Shown: one piece after another, positions 19,452 through 30,043 of the stretch
Position numbering within the stretch: the stretch's first letter is position 1
Layout: the number at the start of each line of letters is the position of its first letter
Source of the DNA: an uncultured PS1 clade bacterium
GTDB lineage: Bacteria > Pseudomonadota > Alphaproteobacteria > MED-G09
Assembly (NCBI GenBank): GCA_902537725.1
Contig: CACBCD010000003.1
Span: 24,441-88,440, forward strand
Direction: 5' to 3'
Length of the DNA: 64,000 nucleotides
Made by a program: the position numbers and the translations under genes
Notes under the pieces: model-generated
Told to the model about the DNA's origin: nothing
Seen by the model: the letters and a program-made list of their open reading frames with translations, nothing else
Database searches by the model: none

Positions 19452-20066
19452 ATGACCAAAGTTTTAAAACCTAAACCTGCTGCAACCCTAATTATTGCAA
19501 AAAATAAAACTAATGGTTTATTTGTGCTTATGGGGAAAAGACCAGACGATGCAAGATTTGCTCCAGGAATGTGGGTATTCCCAGGTGGTAAACTCGATAA
19601 GAATGATATTACTCAAAAAAAAAAATTTAAATTAAATAAAAATATACTGAGTTATTTAAAACTTTTAAAAGCTGGGCCTCCTATTGGTGAAGCTCTTATT
19701 CATACAGCAATAAGAGAGACACAAGAAGAAACTAATTTAAGATTAATAAATAATGATTTGAAAAAGATGTGGGTACTTGCCCGAGCAATTACACCTGTTA
19801 ATCGGCATATGAGGTTTGATACTAAATTTTTCGTTGCCCCCTCCTCTTGCTTTACAGGAAAAATTAGGGGAAATGGAGAGTTAGATAAACTTGAGTATGT
19901 TAATATCAATGATGCATTAAAGCTGCCAATGTTTGATATTACAGAATTCATTTTACAAGAAATTAAAATAAGAATTAAGAAAGGTAATGAAATAAAAAGT
20001 AAGCCTGTTTTTTGGAGGTATCGAAAACACCATAGATTAATAACTGAAATTAAAATACTTGACTAA
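19452..20066 (+). CDS. NUDIX hydrolase
   Basis: PAATLI, VFPGGKLD, AIRETQEET and RAITP..RFDTKFF motifs; usual position upstream of rpmG. Confidence 0.85.
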   Translation: MTKVLKPKPAATLIIAKNKTNGLFVLMGKRPDDARFAPGMWVFPGGKLDKNDITQKKKFKLNKNILSYLKLLKAGPPIGEALIHTAIRETQEETNLRLINNDLKKMWVLARAITPVNRHMRFDTKFFVAPSSCFTGKIRGNGELDKLEYVNINDALKLPMFDITEFILQEIKIRIKKGNEIKSKPVFWRYRKHHRLITEIKILD

Positions 20067-20104
20067 TTGTCAATTATACTTAATTTCCCTCAAAGGTAAT
20101 AATT

Positions 20105-20272
20105 ATGGCAAAAGCTACAACTATAAAAATTAAACTTAATAGTACAGCAGGAACTGGCTATTATTATGTTGCGAAAAAAAATTCTCGTACTATGACAGAA
20201 AAAATGGTTGTAAAAAAATATGATCCTGTTATCAGAAAGCACGTCGAATTTAAGGAAGGAAAGATTAAATAA
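20105..20272 (+). CDS. rpmG: 50S ribosomal protein L33 (55 aa, Cys-free; not in ORF track)
   Basis: Manual translation [55 protein letters not shown]. Confidence 0.97.
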   Translation: MAKATTIKIKLNSTAGTGYYYVAKKNSRTMTEKMVVKKYDPVIRKHVEFKEGKIK

Positions 20273-20299
20273 TTTTCAAATTTTTCTGTCTCTTAATTT

Positions 20300-20977
20300 A
20301 TGAATAATATTATACCAATTGAAACATCTAATCAGATTGATCTCTTAAATTTAAACATTAATCAACCCTTAATTATCAGTGATGCTGATGAAGTTATCTT
20401 TTTATTTTTAAAGGGTTTTGAAAAATTTCTAAAATCAAAAAATTTGTATCTTGATTTAGCTAAAGCAAGATTAACAGGTAATATTAAAAAAATTTCAGAT
20501 AATAAACCAGTACCTGATGATACGATGACAAAACTTCTTCCAGAATTCTTTCTGAAAGAGACAAAAAAATTGGAGCCGGTAATAAATGCTCAAAATTGTT
20601 TAAAGAATTTATCAAAGAAATCTCAAATTATAATTCTAACAAATATTCCATATAAAGACAAAGAAAGTAGAGTTGATGCTCTAAAGAGAAATAATATGAA
20701 TTATCCAGTCATTACAAACTCTGGATTAAAGGGACCTGTAGTTTCAAAAATCTGTGAAAAGATGAGAGCTCCGGTTTTTTTTATTGATGATTTAGGTCAA
20801 AATTTAGAGTCAGTAAAAAAAGAATATAAAAAAGCAATTTGTATTCATTTCTTACAAGATAAACGACTTGAAAAATTAATGATGACTCCACCTAATATTA
20901 AACATAGATTAAATAATTGGCTGGAAGTTGAAAATTTAATTAATCAAGAAATTTTACTATATGAAAATAAAAAATAA
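20300..20977 (+). CDS. Conserved HAD-fold-like hypothetical protein
   Basis: IISDADEVI (DxD-like), ILTNIP and FFIDDL motifs. Confidence 0.6.
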   Translation: MNNIIPIETSNQIDLLNLNINQPLIISDADEVIFLFLKGFEKFLKSKNLYLDLAKARLTGNIKKISDNKPVPDDTMTKLLPEFFLKETKKLEPVINAQNCLKNLSKKSQIIILTNIPYKDKESRVDALKRNNMNYPVITNSGLKGPVVSKICEKMRAPVFFIDDLGQNLESVKKEYKKAICIHFLQDKRLEKLMMTPPNIKHRLNNWLEVENLINQEILLYENKK

Positions 20978-22238
20978 AAAGTTTAAAATAATCACTTTAT
21001 GCAGAGAATGCTTAAAAACTTTTAATGAAAAAAAAGAATTTTGTAATAAATGTTTTTCAGCTAATCTTATAAGTAACAATGAAATTGAAAACCTTAATAT
21101 CGCACATGTTGATTGTGATGCTTTTTATGCTTCAATAGAAAAGAGGGATAATCCAAAATATAAAAATTTTCCTATAATTATTGGCGGTGGAAAAAGAGGT
21201 GTTGTCGCTACAGCTTGTTATATTGCAAGAATTAAGGGTGTTAAATCTGCTATGCCTATGTATAAAGCACTGAAGTTATGTCCTGATGCAATTATTATTA
21301 AACCAAAAATGCAAAAGTATAAAGAAGCATCCAAAGCAATAAATGATCTTATGAAGGAAATAACTCCATTAGTAGAGCCATTATCCCTAGATGAGGCATT
21401 TTTAGATTTATCTGGAACATCCAGACTTCATAAAAAAATTCCTGCAGTATTATTAGCCGAATTATCAAAAAAAATTCAAAAAAAAGTTGGAATTTCTGTC
21501 TCTATAGGTCTCTCGTATAATAAATTTTTAGCAAAAATATGTTCTGATATCGATAAACCAAGAGGTTTTTCAATAATTAATAGATTAGAAGCAAAAAGTT
21601 TTTTAAAAGATAAACCGGTTGAAGTTTTATGGGGAGTTGGTAATACGCTCAAAAATAAGCTCAATAATGATGGGATAAGAACTATTGGACAAATAAGAGA
21701 AATGGACTATAGCGAGTTAATTGTTAAATATGGATCAATTGGTTCTCATATCCATAAATTATCCAACGCCGAAGATGCCAGAGAAATAAAACCTTTTAGA
21801 AAAGTAAAAAGTATTAGTCATGAAACAACTTTTGAGGAAGATACCAATGATGAGGTTTTTTTAAAAAAAACACTTTGGAGTTTATGCGAGAAAGTATCTG
21901 ATAGAGCTAAAAAGAGAGGTTTAGGAGGCAGTACAATTAATTTGAAAATTAAAACTAAAGATTTTAAATTAATATCAAGATCAGTAACAATTGAAGAACC
22001 AACTCAAATTGCAGAAATTATTTTTCAAACCTCTAAATTATTATTACTTCGTGAAATAAAGAAAAATAAATTTCGTTTATTGGGTGTAGGATTAAGTAAT
22101 CTTAAAGATTCTGAAATATGTGATTTATATGATTTAATTAATACAAATAACAGAAAAGAGAAAAATATAGAATTTGCTATAGATACTATTAGAAATAAAT
22201 ACGGGGTTAATTTAATTAAAAAAGGTAGATCAATTTAA
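20961..22238 (+). CDS. dinB: DNA polymerase IV with N-terminal Zn-ribbon
   Basis: AHVDCDAFYASIE, SAMPM and PLSLDEAFLD motifs; N-terminal CRECLK...CNKC. Confidence 0.95.
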   Translation: MKIKNKKFKIITLCRECLKTFNEKKEFCNKCFSANLISNNEIENLNIAHVDCDAFYASIEKRDNPKYKNFPIIIGGGKRGVVATACYIARIKGVKSAMPMYKALKLCPDAIIIKPKMQKYKEASKAINDLMKEITPLVEPLSLDEAFLDLSGTSRLHKKIPAVLLAELSKKIQKKVGISVSIGLSYNKFLAKICSDIDKPRGFSIINRLEAKSFLKDKPVEVLWGVGNTLKNKLNNDGIRTIGQIREMDYSELIVKYGSIGSHIHKLSNAEDAREIKPFRKVKSISHETTFEEDTNDEVFLKKTLWSLCEKVSDRAKKRGLGGSTINLKIKTKDFKLISRSVTIEEPTQIAEIIFQTSKLLLLREIKKNKFRLLGVGLSNLKDSEICDLYDLINTNNRKEKNIEFAIDTIRNKYGVNLIKKGRSI

Positions 22239-22249
22239 AAGAGGTAAAT

Positions 22250-22714
22250 ATGTCAGAAAAAATAAATAATAAATTATTAGAATTAGGAATTAAACTACCT
22301 AAGCCAGCTGATCCTGTTGCAAGCTATTTGCCTTATGTTATTTCAGGCAATCTTTTATTTATTTCCGGACAGGGTCCTTTCAATGAAAATGGTTTAATTA
22401 CTGGTAAAGTTGGTTTAGATTTAACTTTAGATGAAGGAAAAGATGCGGCCAAAGACTGTGGTAAAATGATACTTGCCCAGGTACAAAAAGCTTGTGGTAA
22501 TTTAAGTAAAATTCAAAGATGTATTAAACTTGGTGGTTTTGTCAATTGCGAGCCTAATTTTACTGATCAAGCTCTAGTTATTGAAGGAGCTTCTGAGTTA
22601 ATGATTGATATATTTGAGGATTATGGATGGCATTCTAGATATGCTGTAGGATCAAATTCTCTTCCTTTAGGTATGGCTGTTGAAATTGATGCCATATTTG
22701 AAATTAAAACGTAA
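22250..22714 (+). CDS. RidA/YjgF family protein
   Basis: PVASYLP, LFISGQGP, KLGGFVN, HSRYAVG and LPLGMAVEIDAI motifs. Confidence 0.9.
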   Translation: MSEKINNKLLELGIKLPKPADPVASYLPYVISGNLLFISGQGPFNENGLITGKVGLDLTLDEGKDAAKDCGKMILAQVQKACGNLSKIQRCIKLGGFVNCEPNFTDQALVIEGASELMIDIFEDYGWHSRYAVGSNSLPLGMAVEIDAIFEIKT

Positions 22715-22718
22715 TTAA

Positions 22719-23879
22719 ATGAAGAAATTTTCTCTTAGGGTTGAAACATCATTAAGTAATATTGATGAAAAAAGATGGAATACTTGTGCTTCTAAGAATA
22801 AAAATTTTAACCCTTTTAACAGTTATCAATTTTTAAGAGCTCTTGAATTAAGCCAGTCTATAAATAATAGTTCCGGCTGGAATTCAGCATATTTAATTAT
22901 AGAGGACAATGATAAAAAGATTGTTGCAGTTGTTCCATCATATTTAAAAACTAATTCTTCTGGTGAGTATGTTTTTGATTATGAGTGGGCAAATGCATAT
23001 CAACGTGCTGGAGGACAATATTATCCAAAACTTCAAATCTCAATTCCATATACCCCAGTAACTGGTAGAAGAATTTTAATAGATGAAGCTTGTGATTATA
23101 ATGAAATAATTGATTATATTTCATCGGAAATAATTTTATTTTGTTCAAGAGCCCAAGCTTCATCAGCGCATATCACCTTTCTTACAAAAAAAGAGGCTGA
23201 AAAATTAGAAAAACTTGGATGGCTTATAAGGAAAGACCAGCAATTCCATTGGAAAAATGATAATTATAACTCTTTTTCTGATTTTTTAAACACCCTTTCA
23301 TCAAGAAAAAGAAAAAATATAAAAAAAGAAAGATCAAAATTTATTAATAGTGAAATTGAAATTGAACACTTAAGGGGTGATAAAATAAATGATGAACATT
23401 GGGAATATTTTTATCGATTTTATATCGATACAACTTCAAGAAAGTGGGGACAAGATTATTTAAAAAAAGGATTTTTCAATATTATTGGTGATACAATGAA
23501 AAATGATATTTTGTTAATAATGGCAAAAAAGGATAATGAATATATAGCTGGTGCACTTAATTTTTTAGGAAAAAACTCTATATATGGAAGAAATTGGGGT
23601 TCATTAATTAATTATAAATTTCTTCATTTTGAATTGTGTTACTATCAGGCAATAGAATATGCAATTAAAAATAAAATAAAAACTGTAGAAGCTGGTGCTC
23701 AAGGAACTCATAAAATATCAAGAGGTTATTCACCAGTTATTACATATTCGGCCCACTGGATGAAGGAAAGTAATTTTCATGAAGCTGTAAAAAATTACCT
23801 TGATTATGAGGTTTTAGAGGTTGAAAAAAGTAAGAAAATACTTGAAAAATACTTACCGTACAAAAAAATAATGAAATGA
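22719..23879 (+). CDS. GNAT-fold protein of the DUF482 / FemAB-like family
   Basis: SSGEYVFDYEWA, YYPKLQISIPYTPVTG, YGRNWG, HFELCYYQAIEYAI and EAGAQGTHK motifs. Confidence 0.88.
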   Translation: MKKFSLRVETSLSNIDEKRWNTCASKNKNFNPFNSYQFLRALELSQSINNSSGWNSAYLIIEDNDKKIVAVVPSYLKTNSSGEYVFDYEWANAYQRAGGQYYPKLQISIPYTPVTGRRILIDEACDYNEIIDYISSEIILFCSRAQASSAHITFLTKKEAEKLEKLGWLIRKDQQFHWKNDNYNSFSDFLNTLSSRKRKNIKKERSKFINSEIEIEHLRGDKINDEHWEYFYRFYIDTTSRKWGQDYLKKGFFNIIGDTMKNDILLIMAKKDNEYIAGALNFLGKNSIYGRNWGSLINYKFLHFELCYYQAIEYAIKNKIKTVEAGAQGTHKISRGYSPVITYSAHWMKESNFHEAVKNYLDYEVLEVEKSKKILEKYLPYKKIMK

Positions 23880-24292
23880 CTTATAATAATGAAAATATTT
23901 TTGCAAGGATTATCAAAGGTGAAGCTGATTGCGTTAAAATATTAGAGAATGATTATATTTTATCATTCATGGATGTTATGCCGCAAACTCCTGGACATAC
24001 ACTTGTAATTCCAAAATATGGTACAGAAAATATTTTTGACCTACCAGAGGAATACTTTATACACCTGATGGATGCAAAGCAAAAAATAGCTAAAGCTATA
24101 AAAAAAGCTTATGCACCAACCGGGGTAATGATCATGCAGTTAAACGGTAAAGAAGCAGGACAAACAGTATTTCATTTACATTTTCATATAATACCAAGGA
24201 AGGAAGGTTTAAATTATAAATTTCATTCCTCTGAAATAGCGGACTTTAAAGACCTAAGGAGAGAAGCTGAAAAGATAAAAAAATGGCTTTAA
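23876..24292 (+). CDS. HIT family nucleotide hydrolase
   Basis: NIFARII, PQTPGHTLVIPK and the histidine triad QTVFHLHFHIIPR. Confidence 0.93.
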   Translation: MTYNNENIFARIIKGEADCVKILENDYILSFMDVMPQTPGHTLVIPKYGTENIFDLPEEYFIHLMDAKQKIAKAIKKAYAPTGVMIMQLNGKEAGQTVFHLHFHIIPRKEGLNYKFHSSEIADFKDLRREAEKIKKWL

Positions 24293-24296
24293 AAGT

Positions 24297-26594
24297 TTAA
24301 TTTTTAAGAAGTTCTTTTTTTATTTTATTATTTTTTTTCAATGGTTTATATACAAAATTTAATTTATCTTTTTTCAAAGAAACATTTACAGTTCCACCTT
24401 TTTCTAAAACACCATATAAGATTTCTTCTGCTATAGGTTTTTTTACCTTCTCCTGTATTAACCTTGAAAGCGGTCTAGCTCCCATATTTTTATCATAGCC
24501 TTTTTTTCCAAGCCAACTAGCTGCATCAGGAGAAATATTTATAAATACATTCTTATTGTCTAATTGCGATTCGAGTTCAAGTATAAACTTCTCCACAACT
24601 TTTTGAATAACTTTATCAGGTAAAGAATTAAATGAAATAATTGAATCTAATCTATTTCTAAACTCTGGATTGAATAATCTGTCTATTGCCTCTTTATCTT
24701 CACCCTCTCTCTCATCTCTATTGAAACCTAGTGCAGGTTTGGCCAAATCTGTAGCACCAGCATTTGTAGTTAAAACAATTATTGTATTACGAAAATCTAC
24801 TTTTCTTCCATTTTGGTCTGTTAAGGTTCCATGATCCATGATTTGTAATAAAATATTAAAAATATCTGGATGAGCTTTTTCAATTTCATCAAGTAATACA
24901 ATACTATATGGATTTTGATCCACGCCATCAGTTAATAAGCCTCCTTGATCAAATCCAACATAACCTGGTGGAGCGCCTATTAATCTAGAAACTGCATGGC
25001 GTTCCATATATTCTGACATATCAAATCTCAATAATTCGACACTCAATACTGAAGATAATTGTCTAACTAATTCTGTCTTACCAACACCAGTTGGACCAGC
25101 AAATAAATATGAACCTATTGGCTTTTGAAGATCCCTTAGCCCAGCCCTTGATAATCTAATTGATGCAACAATTTCATCAATAGCTTTATCTTGCCCAAAA
25201 ATAAATCTTTTAAGAGACTTATCTAAATCTTTTAATTTTTGACTATCATCTCTCGTTACATGTTTAGAAGGAATTTTTGCCATTTTAGATATCGTAGCTT
25301 CAATATCTTTTTGACTAATTAATTTTTTTCTTTTTGAAGAAGGTTTAAGTTTTTGTGAAGCACCTGTTTCATCAATTACATCTATAGCTTTATCAGGAAG
25401 TTTTTTATCATTCATGTATCTGGATGATAACTCAACAGCAGTTTTTATAGCTTCATTTGAATATTTTAAACCATGAAAATCCTCAAATCTAGTTTTTAAA
25501 CCCATTAAGATTTTAATTGTATCTGCAATACTGGGTTCATCCACATCTATCTTCTGAAATCTTCTTGATAATGCCCTGTCTTTATCAAAAAACTGCCTAT
25601 ATTCTTTATAAGTTGTTGATCCAATACATCTTAACTGTTGTCCTTGCAAAGAGGGTTTTAATAAATTTGAAGCGTCCATAGACCCTCCAGATGTTGATCC
25701 TGCACCAATTACAGTATGAATTTCATCAATAAATAAAACTGCATCCTCTTGTTCTTCGATTTCCTTTAAAACAGCTTTTATTCTCTCTTCAAAATCACCT
25801 CTATATCTAGTTCCTGCTAAGATAGCGCCCATATCTAAAGAGAAAATCTTTGTTTCAGAAATTACATCAGGAACATCTCCTTCAACAATCCTAAAAGCTA
25901 ATCCTTCGACTATAGCTGTTTTTCCAACTCCTGGATCACCTACAAGAATTGGATTGTTTTTTCTTCTTCTGCTCAAGATTTGTATTAATCTATTAACCTC
26001 GTTTGATCTTCCAATTAATGGATCGATTAATTGCTTTTTAGCTTTTATATTCAAATCTTCACAAAATGAGTCTAAAGCATTGTCTCCATTTGCTTCAGAC
26101 TCCTCATTTTCATAATTAGAAAAATTATCACTTGAGCTAATACTTGAAAAACTTTGACTTTTTTTAATTCCATGAGCCAGATACTGAACAGCATCATATC
26201 TAGTCATTTCTTGTTTCTCTAATAAATAAACAGATTGACTTTCTTGTTGTGAAAAAATTGCAACTAGAACATTTCCACCGTTTACCTCTTTATTTCCTGA
26301 TTGCTGAACATGAATGGCTGCTCGAGTTATAACTGTTCTGTATCCTGCGGTTGGTTCAGGAATTAGGTCATCTTTATCTACAATTAAATAATCTTGATCA
26401 TCAATATATTTAGTCAAATCATTTTTAAGAACGTTTATGTCAAGATCACAAGCAATGAAAACTTTTTGAGCATCTTTATCGTCTGTTAATGAAAGAAGAA
26501 GATGTTCAATAGTAACATGTTCATGTTTTTTTTGAGAGGCATAATCAATGGATCTTTGAAGAGTTTCTTCTAATGTTTGAGAGAATGATGTCAT
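24297..26594 (-). CDS. clpA: ATP-dependent Clp protease ATP-binding subunit ClpA
   Basis: Two AAA+ modules (GDPGVGKT, GPTGVGKT) and the ClpA-type RFDMSEYMERH; likely start MTSFSQTLE at 26594. Confidence 0.96.
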   Translation of the reverse strand: MTSFSQTLEETLQRSIDYASQKKHEHVTIEHLLLSLTDDKDAQKVFIACDLDINVLKNDLTKYIDDQDYLIVDKDDLIPEPTAGYRTVITRAAIHVQQSGNKEVNGGNVLVAIFSQQESQSVYLLEKQEMTRYDAVQYLAHGIKKSQSFSSISSSDNFSNYENEESEANGDNALDSFCEDLNIKAKKQLIDPLIGRSNEVNRLIQILSRRRKNNPILVGDPGVGKTAIVEGLAFRIVEGDVPDVISETKIFSLDMGAILAGTRYRGDFEERIKAVLKEIEEQEDAVLFIDEIHTVIGAGSTSGGSMDASNLLKPSLQGQQLRCIGSTTYKEYRQFFDKDRALSRRFQKIDVDEPSIADTIKILMGLKTRFEDFHGLKYSNEAIKTAVELSSRYMNDKKLPDKAIDVIDETGASQKLKPSSKRKKLISQKDIEATISKMAKIPSKHVTRDDSQKLKDLDKSLKRFIFGQDKAIDEIVASIRLSRAGLRDLQKPIGSYLFAGPTGVGKTELVRQLSSVLSVELLRFDMSEYMERHAVSRLIGAPPGYVGFDQGGLLTDGVDQNPYSIVLLDEIEKAHPDIFNILLQIMDHGTLTDQNGRKVDFRNTIIVLTTNAGATDLAKPALGFNRDEREGEDKEAIDRLFNPEFRNRLDSIISFNSLPDKVIQKVVEKFILELESQLDNKNVFINISPDAASWLGKKGYDKNMGARPLSRLIQEKVKKPIAEEILYGVLEKGGTVNVSLKKDKLNFVYKPLKKNNKIKKELLKN

Positions 26595-26595
26595 T

Positions 26596-26916
26596 TTAAA
26601 CTTTTTCCATAGTACATTGTAAGGGATGATTATTTTTTCTTGATGTATCAAGAACCTGTATAACTTTTGTTTCAGCAATTTCATATGAAAAAATACCACA
26701 AACACCTATTCCATTTTGATGGACATGAAGCATTATTTTTGTAGCTTCTTCATTACTTTTATTAAAAAAACTTTTGAGTAGATATACAACGAATTCCATT
26801 GGGGTATAATCATCATTTAAAATTAAAACTTTATATAGAGAGGGTTTCTTTAACTTTTCTTTAGTTTGAGTTTTAATTAGTGAGTCATTATTTTCAAATT
26901 TATTATCATCAACCAT
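26596..26916 (-). CDS. clpS: Clp protease adaptor ClpS
   Basis: [25 protein letters not shown] and HPLQCTMEK motifs. Confidence 0.97.
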   Translation of the reverse strand: MVDDNKFENNDSLIKTQTKEKLKKPSLYKVLILNDDYTPMEFVVYLLKSFFNKSNEEATKIMLHVHQNGIGVCGIFSYEIAETKVIQVLDTSRKNNHPLQCTMEKV

Positions 26917-27385
26917 TTTTTTCTCTTCTTTCTCTATCAGCTAAAATAATATCTCTTGCTTCGTTAACTTTTGCACTTAAATATGAATTTCCACCTTTAT
27001 CAGGATGTAACTTTCTAATCAATTCTTTATGAGATTTGATTATAACCTCTAATGATGCATTTTCGTCAATACCTAATAACTCATAAGACTCCTTTAATGA
27101 CAAATTATGTTTATATTCATTTTGACTAACTCTCTGTTTATTTCTGAAAATATTTAAAAGCATATCAAAAATAATTCTTTTTCTTAAAAACCAAGCAGCA
27201 ATAGAAAAAAATAGAGGTGAATATAAATAAAGTCCTCCTATTAAAAGGAGAGTACCAATACCTAGTGATATAAAAATAATAATTATATTTATTTTTTTAT
27301 TAAGTTCATTTTTGTTTTTTGTAGATAACCAATCAAGAAAAAAAATAATTAAAAATAAAAAAACAATACCAAGAAAAAAAATCAT
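26909..27385 (-). CDS. Membrane-anchored J-domain protein
   Basis: N-terminal hydrophobic helices; C-terminal J-domain with [17 protein letters not shown]. Confidence 0.85.
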   Translation of the reverse strand: MIFFLGIVFLFLIIFFLDWLSTKNKNELNKKINIIIIFISLGIGTLLLIGGLYLYSPLFFSIAAWFLRKRIIFDMLLNIFRNKQRVSQNEYKHNLSLKESYELLGIDENASLEVIIKSHKELIRKLHPDKGGNSYLSAKVNEARDIILADRERREKNG

Positions 27386-27388
27386 TGT

Positions 27389-27808
27389 CTAAACAAGTCC
27401 TAAATCATGAAGCTCAGAAACAATTTTACTCTCATCATCAAAATTTTTTATATTAAATTTCTTTATATCTTTAGGAGAGTCTTTTTTTTCAAGATAACGC
27501 CAGCCTTGAAAAGGTCTTTCTTTAAATGGAATAGTTAAAAATAAATCATCATCTAGTTCAAATTTACATCTCTTGATATTATTGATGTCAGTAAATCTTT
27601 CAATATTTAAAATTTTCTGCCTTATGCATAGTTTACCTTTTATTACCCAATAAATTGACCCTCCATTAATTAGTTCTCTAAATCTTTTTGGGTACATTCT
27701 TGTTATATGAATTGTTTTTTTATATTTTTTCCTAATATATTCTTGCCTTAAGTAAAGATCGTTTTGAGATTGAGCTCCAACGCATAATTTTTTAATATTT
27801 AAAGTCAA
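27389..27808 (-). CDS. DUF1489 family protein
   Basis: LNIKKLCVGA, TRMYPKR, GGSIYWVIKG and RPFQGWRYL motifs; TTG start. Confidence 0.85.
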   Translation of the reverse strand: MTLNIKKLCVGAQSQNDLYLRQEYIRKKYKKTIHITRMYPKRFRELINGGSIYWVIKGKLCIRQKILNIERFTDINNIKRCKFELDDDLFLTIPFKERPFQGWRYLEKKDSPKDIKKFNIKNFDDESKIVSELHDLGLV

Positions 27809-27811
27809 TTT

Positions 27812-29188
27812 CTACACCAAGTATAGGGCTGCAAGTCCTAAAAATACCATAAAACCGACAACATCAGTAACGGTTGTTACAAAAACGCTTGAAGCTAAAG
27901 CAGGGTCTATACCAAGTTTATTTAAAATTAAAGGTATTATTATTCCTGCAAAACCAGCAGTTACCATATTTATAACCATTGCAATAGCTAAAACCAGTCC
28001 TAGACCAACATTTGAAAACCACATTGCACTTAAAACTCCAATAATGATAGCAAATAAAAGTCCATTTAATAAACTTACAAGAATCTCTCTATTAATAATT
28101 CTTTTGTAATTTAGAGGTATCAAGTCTCTTGTAGATAGAGACCTTACTGTAATTGTTAAAGTTTGAGTTCCAGCATTGCCCCCCATCGAAGCAACTATTG
28201 GCATTAAAATTGCTAAAGCAACAATTTCTTCAATTGTTCTACCAAAAAAACCAATAACTATGGAAGCGATTACCGCGGTTATTAAATTAATAAAAAGCCA
28301 TGAAAAACGGTTACTTGATGTTTCAATCACACTATCGGTAATATCTTCATCACCCACACCACCAAGTAACTTTATATCTTCACCAGCTTCGTCTTTAAAA
28401 ACTTCAACAATATCATCGGCAGTAATTACACCGATTAAACTTCCTTTATCATCTATTACTGGCGCTGAAACAAGATCAAATCGTTCAAATTGATACGCAA
28501 CCAATTCTCTATCCATATCAGCAGATATCATAATTAATTCATGAGACTCCAAATCCTTTAAGCTTTTATCTCTGGAGGATCTTATTATATTAGACAAAGA
28601 TATAGCTGCAATTGGTTTGGAAGAGTCATTAACTAAATAGATCTCATAAAATTCAATTGGTAAATCATCGCTAATTCTAAAACTATCTATAGCTTCACCA
28701 ACATTCATATTTGGGGTTAAAGACACAAAATCAACTGACATAAGTCTACCAGCGCTATCCTCAGGATAATTTAGTGATAACTCAAGATCTTTTCTTTCAA
28801 TATCAGGAATTTTATTAAGAATAATATTTTTGTCATTTTCATCTAAATCTTCAATAACATGAACAGCATCATCAGTTTCAAGCTTTTGTAAAAATTCAGC
28901 AACATGTGTCGGACCTAGAAAATTTATTACCTCTTCTCTTATATGTTCCTCAAGTTCAGATAAAATTTCAGGATTAAAGTCATTTTCAATAAATTCTATG
29001 AAGCTTTTAATTTCAGATCTTGGTAATAAATTTATAATATCGGCTATATCTGCTGCTGATAAATCTTTTGTAATCGCTATAACTTTTTGTTTCTCGGACG
29101 AATCAAGTGCATCCATTATTTCTGAAATAATAGAAGGATCAAAAGGAATAAAATCTCTATTTTTATTATCTAATTTATGTTCACTCAT
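27812..29188 (-). CDS. mgtE: Magnesium transporter MgtE
   Basis: YPEDSAGRLM, CBS pair, MPIVASMGGNAG and DPALASSVFVTTVTDVVG motifs. Confidence 0.96.
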   Translation of the reverse strand: MSEHKLDNKNRDFIPFDPSIISEIMDALDSSEKQKVIAITKDLSAADIADIINLLPRSEIKSFIEFIENDFNPEILSELEEHIREEVINFLGPTHVAEFLQKLETDDAVHVIEDLDENDKNIILNKIPDIERKDLELSLNYPEDSAGRLMSVDFVSLTPNMNVGEAIDSFRISDDLPIEFYEIYLVNDSSKPIAAISLSNIIRSSRDKSLKDLESHELIMISADMDRELVAYQFERFDLVSAPVIDDKGSLIGVITADDIVEVFKDEAGEDIKLLGGVGDEDITDSVIETSSNRFSWLFINLITAVIASIVIGFFGRTIEEIVALAILMPIVASMGGNAGTQTLTITVRSLSTRDLIPLNYKRIINREILVSLLNGLLFAIIIGVLSAMWFSNVGLGLVLAIAMVINMVTAGFAGIIIPLILNKLGIDPALASSVFVTTVTDVVGFMVFLGLAALYLV

Positions 29189-29207
29189 ATTGATTTCTCA
29201 GTAAAGT

Positions 29208-29294
29208 TGGTGCGGCCGAGAAGACTCGAACTTCCACGGGTTTTATCCCACAGCGACCTCAACGCTGCGCGTCTACCAGTTCCGCCACGGCCGC
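29208..29294 (-). tRNA. tRNA-Leu(GAG)
   Basis: Minus strand GCGGCCGTGGCGGAACTGGTAGACGCG-CAGCG-TT-GAG-GT-CGCTG...GTTCGAGTC...CGGCCGCACCA. Confidence 0.97.
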
Positions 29295-29389
29295 AACACT
29301 ATTTATAATATAGCTTTATGCAAAAAGAGTTAATATAATATTTAACTTTAATTAGAATGTATCAAAACAGATATTAAAAATAAATAATT

Positions 29390-30043
29390 ATGAAAAAAAA
29401 TGTAATAGAATTCTTCAATTCAAGTGAATTAGTTGACTACAAGAAAAGTGTTCAACTAATGGAAAGACGAGTTGAAAATATTAAGAAAAAAAAACAATCT
29501 GAGCTACTGTGGTTTTTAGAGCACCCATCAATATACACTGCTGGAACAAGTTCAAAAGATAAAGATTTGTTAAATGACAATTTATTCCCTGTAATTAAAA
29601 CAAATAGAGGAGGTCAATTTACATATCACGGACCTGGTCAAAGAATTGCTTACATAATGTTAAATGTTAGAGATAGAGAATATAATGTTAAGTCTTTTAT
29701 AAGACTTTTAGAACAATGGATAATGAATTCACTGCATGATATGGGAATAAAATCATTTTTAATCAAAGGTAAAGTCGGTATTTGGGTAAGAAATGAAGAG
29801 AAAATAGCCTCACTTGGACTAAGAATCAGAAAAGGTATTAGTTTTCATGGTGTAAGCTTAAATATTAATCCAAATCTAGATCATTTTTCAGGTATAATTC
29901 CATGCGGAAATGAAAATAGTGGCGTTACAAGTATAGAAAAAATTGGATTAGATATTAGTAAAAAAGAAATAGATAATATTTTAATATTAAATTTCTCAAA
30001 GGTTTTTAAGATAGATGTAAAACTTACTCAAACTCTATCATAA
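29390..30043 (+). CDS. lipB: Lipoyl(octanoyl) transferase
   Basis: LEHPSIYTAG, RGGQFTYHGPGQ, KIASLG..SFHG and IIPCG motifs. Confidence 0.96.
   Translation: MKKNVIEFFNSSELVDYKKSVQLMERRVENIKKKKQSELLWFLEHPSIYTAGTSSKDKDLLNDNLFPVIKTNRGGQFTYHGPGQRIAYIMLNVRDREYNVKSFIRLLEQWIMNSLHDMGIKSFLIKGKVGIWVRNEEKIASLGLRIRKGISFHGVSLNINPNLDHFSGIIPCGNENSGVTSIEKIGLDISKKEIDNILILNFSKVFKIDVKLTQTLS

Noticed and set aside
20961-21100. N-terminal Zn ribbon on DNA polymerase IV
   Set aside because: A known feature of alphaproteobacterial DinB, not novel.
24297-26705. N-terminal extensions in the ORF track (clpA, also ccmF, gatB, gatC, plsY, holB, pccB, epoxide hydrolase)
   Set aside because: They overlap neighbouring genes; downstream ATGs match family N-termini and have an RBS or stop-start coupling.
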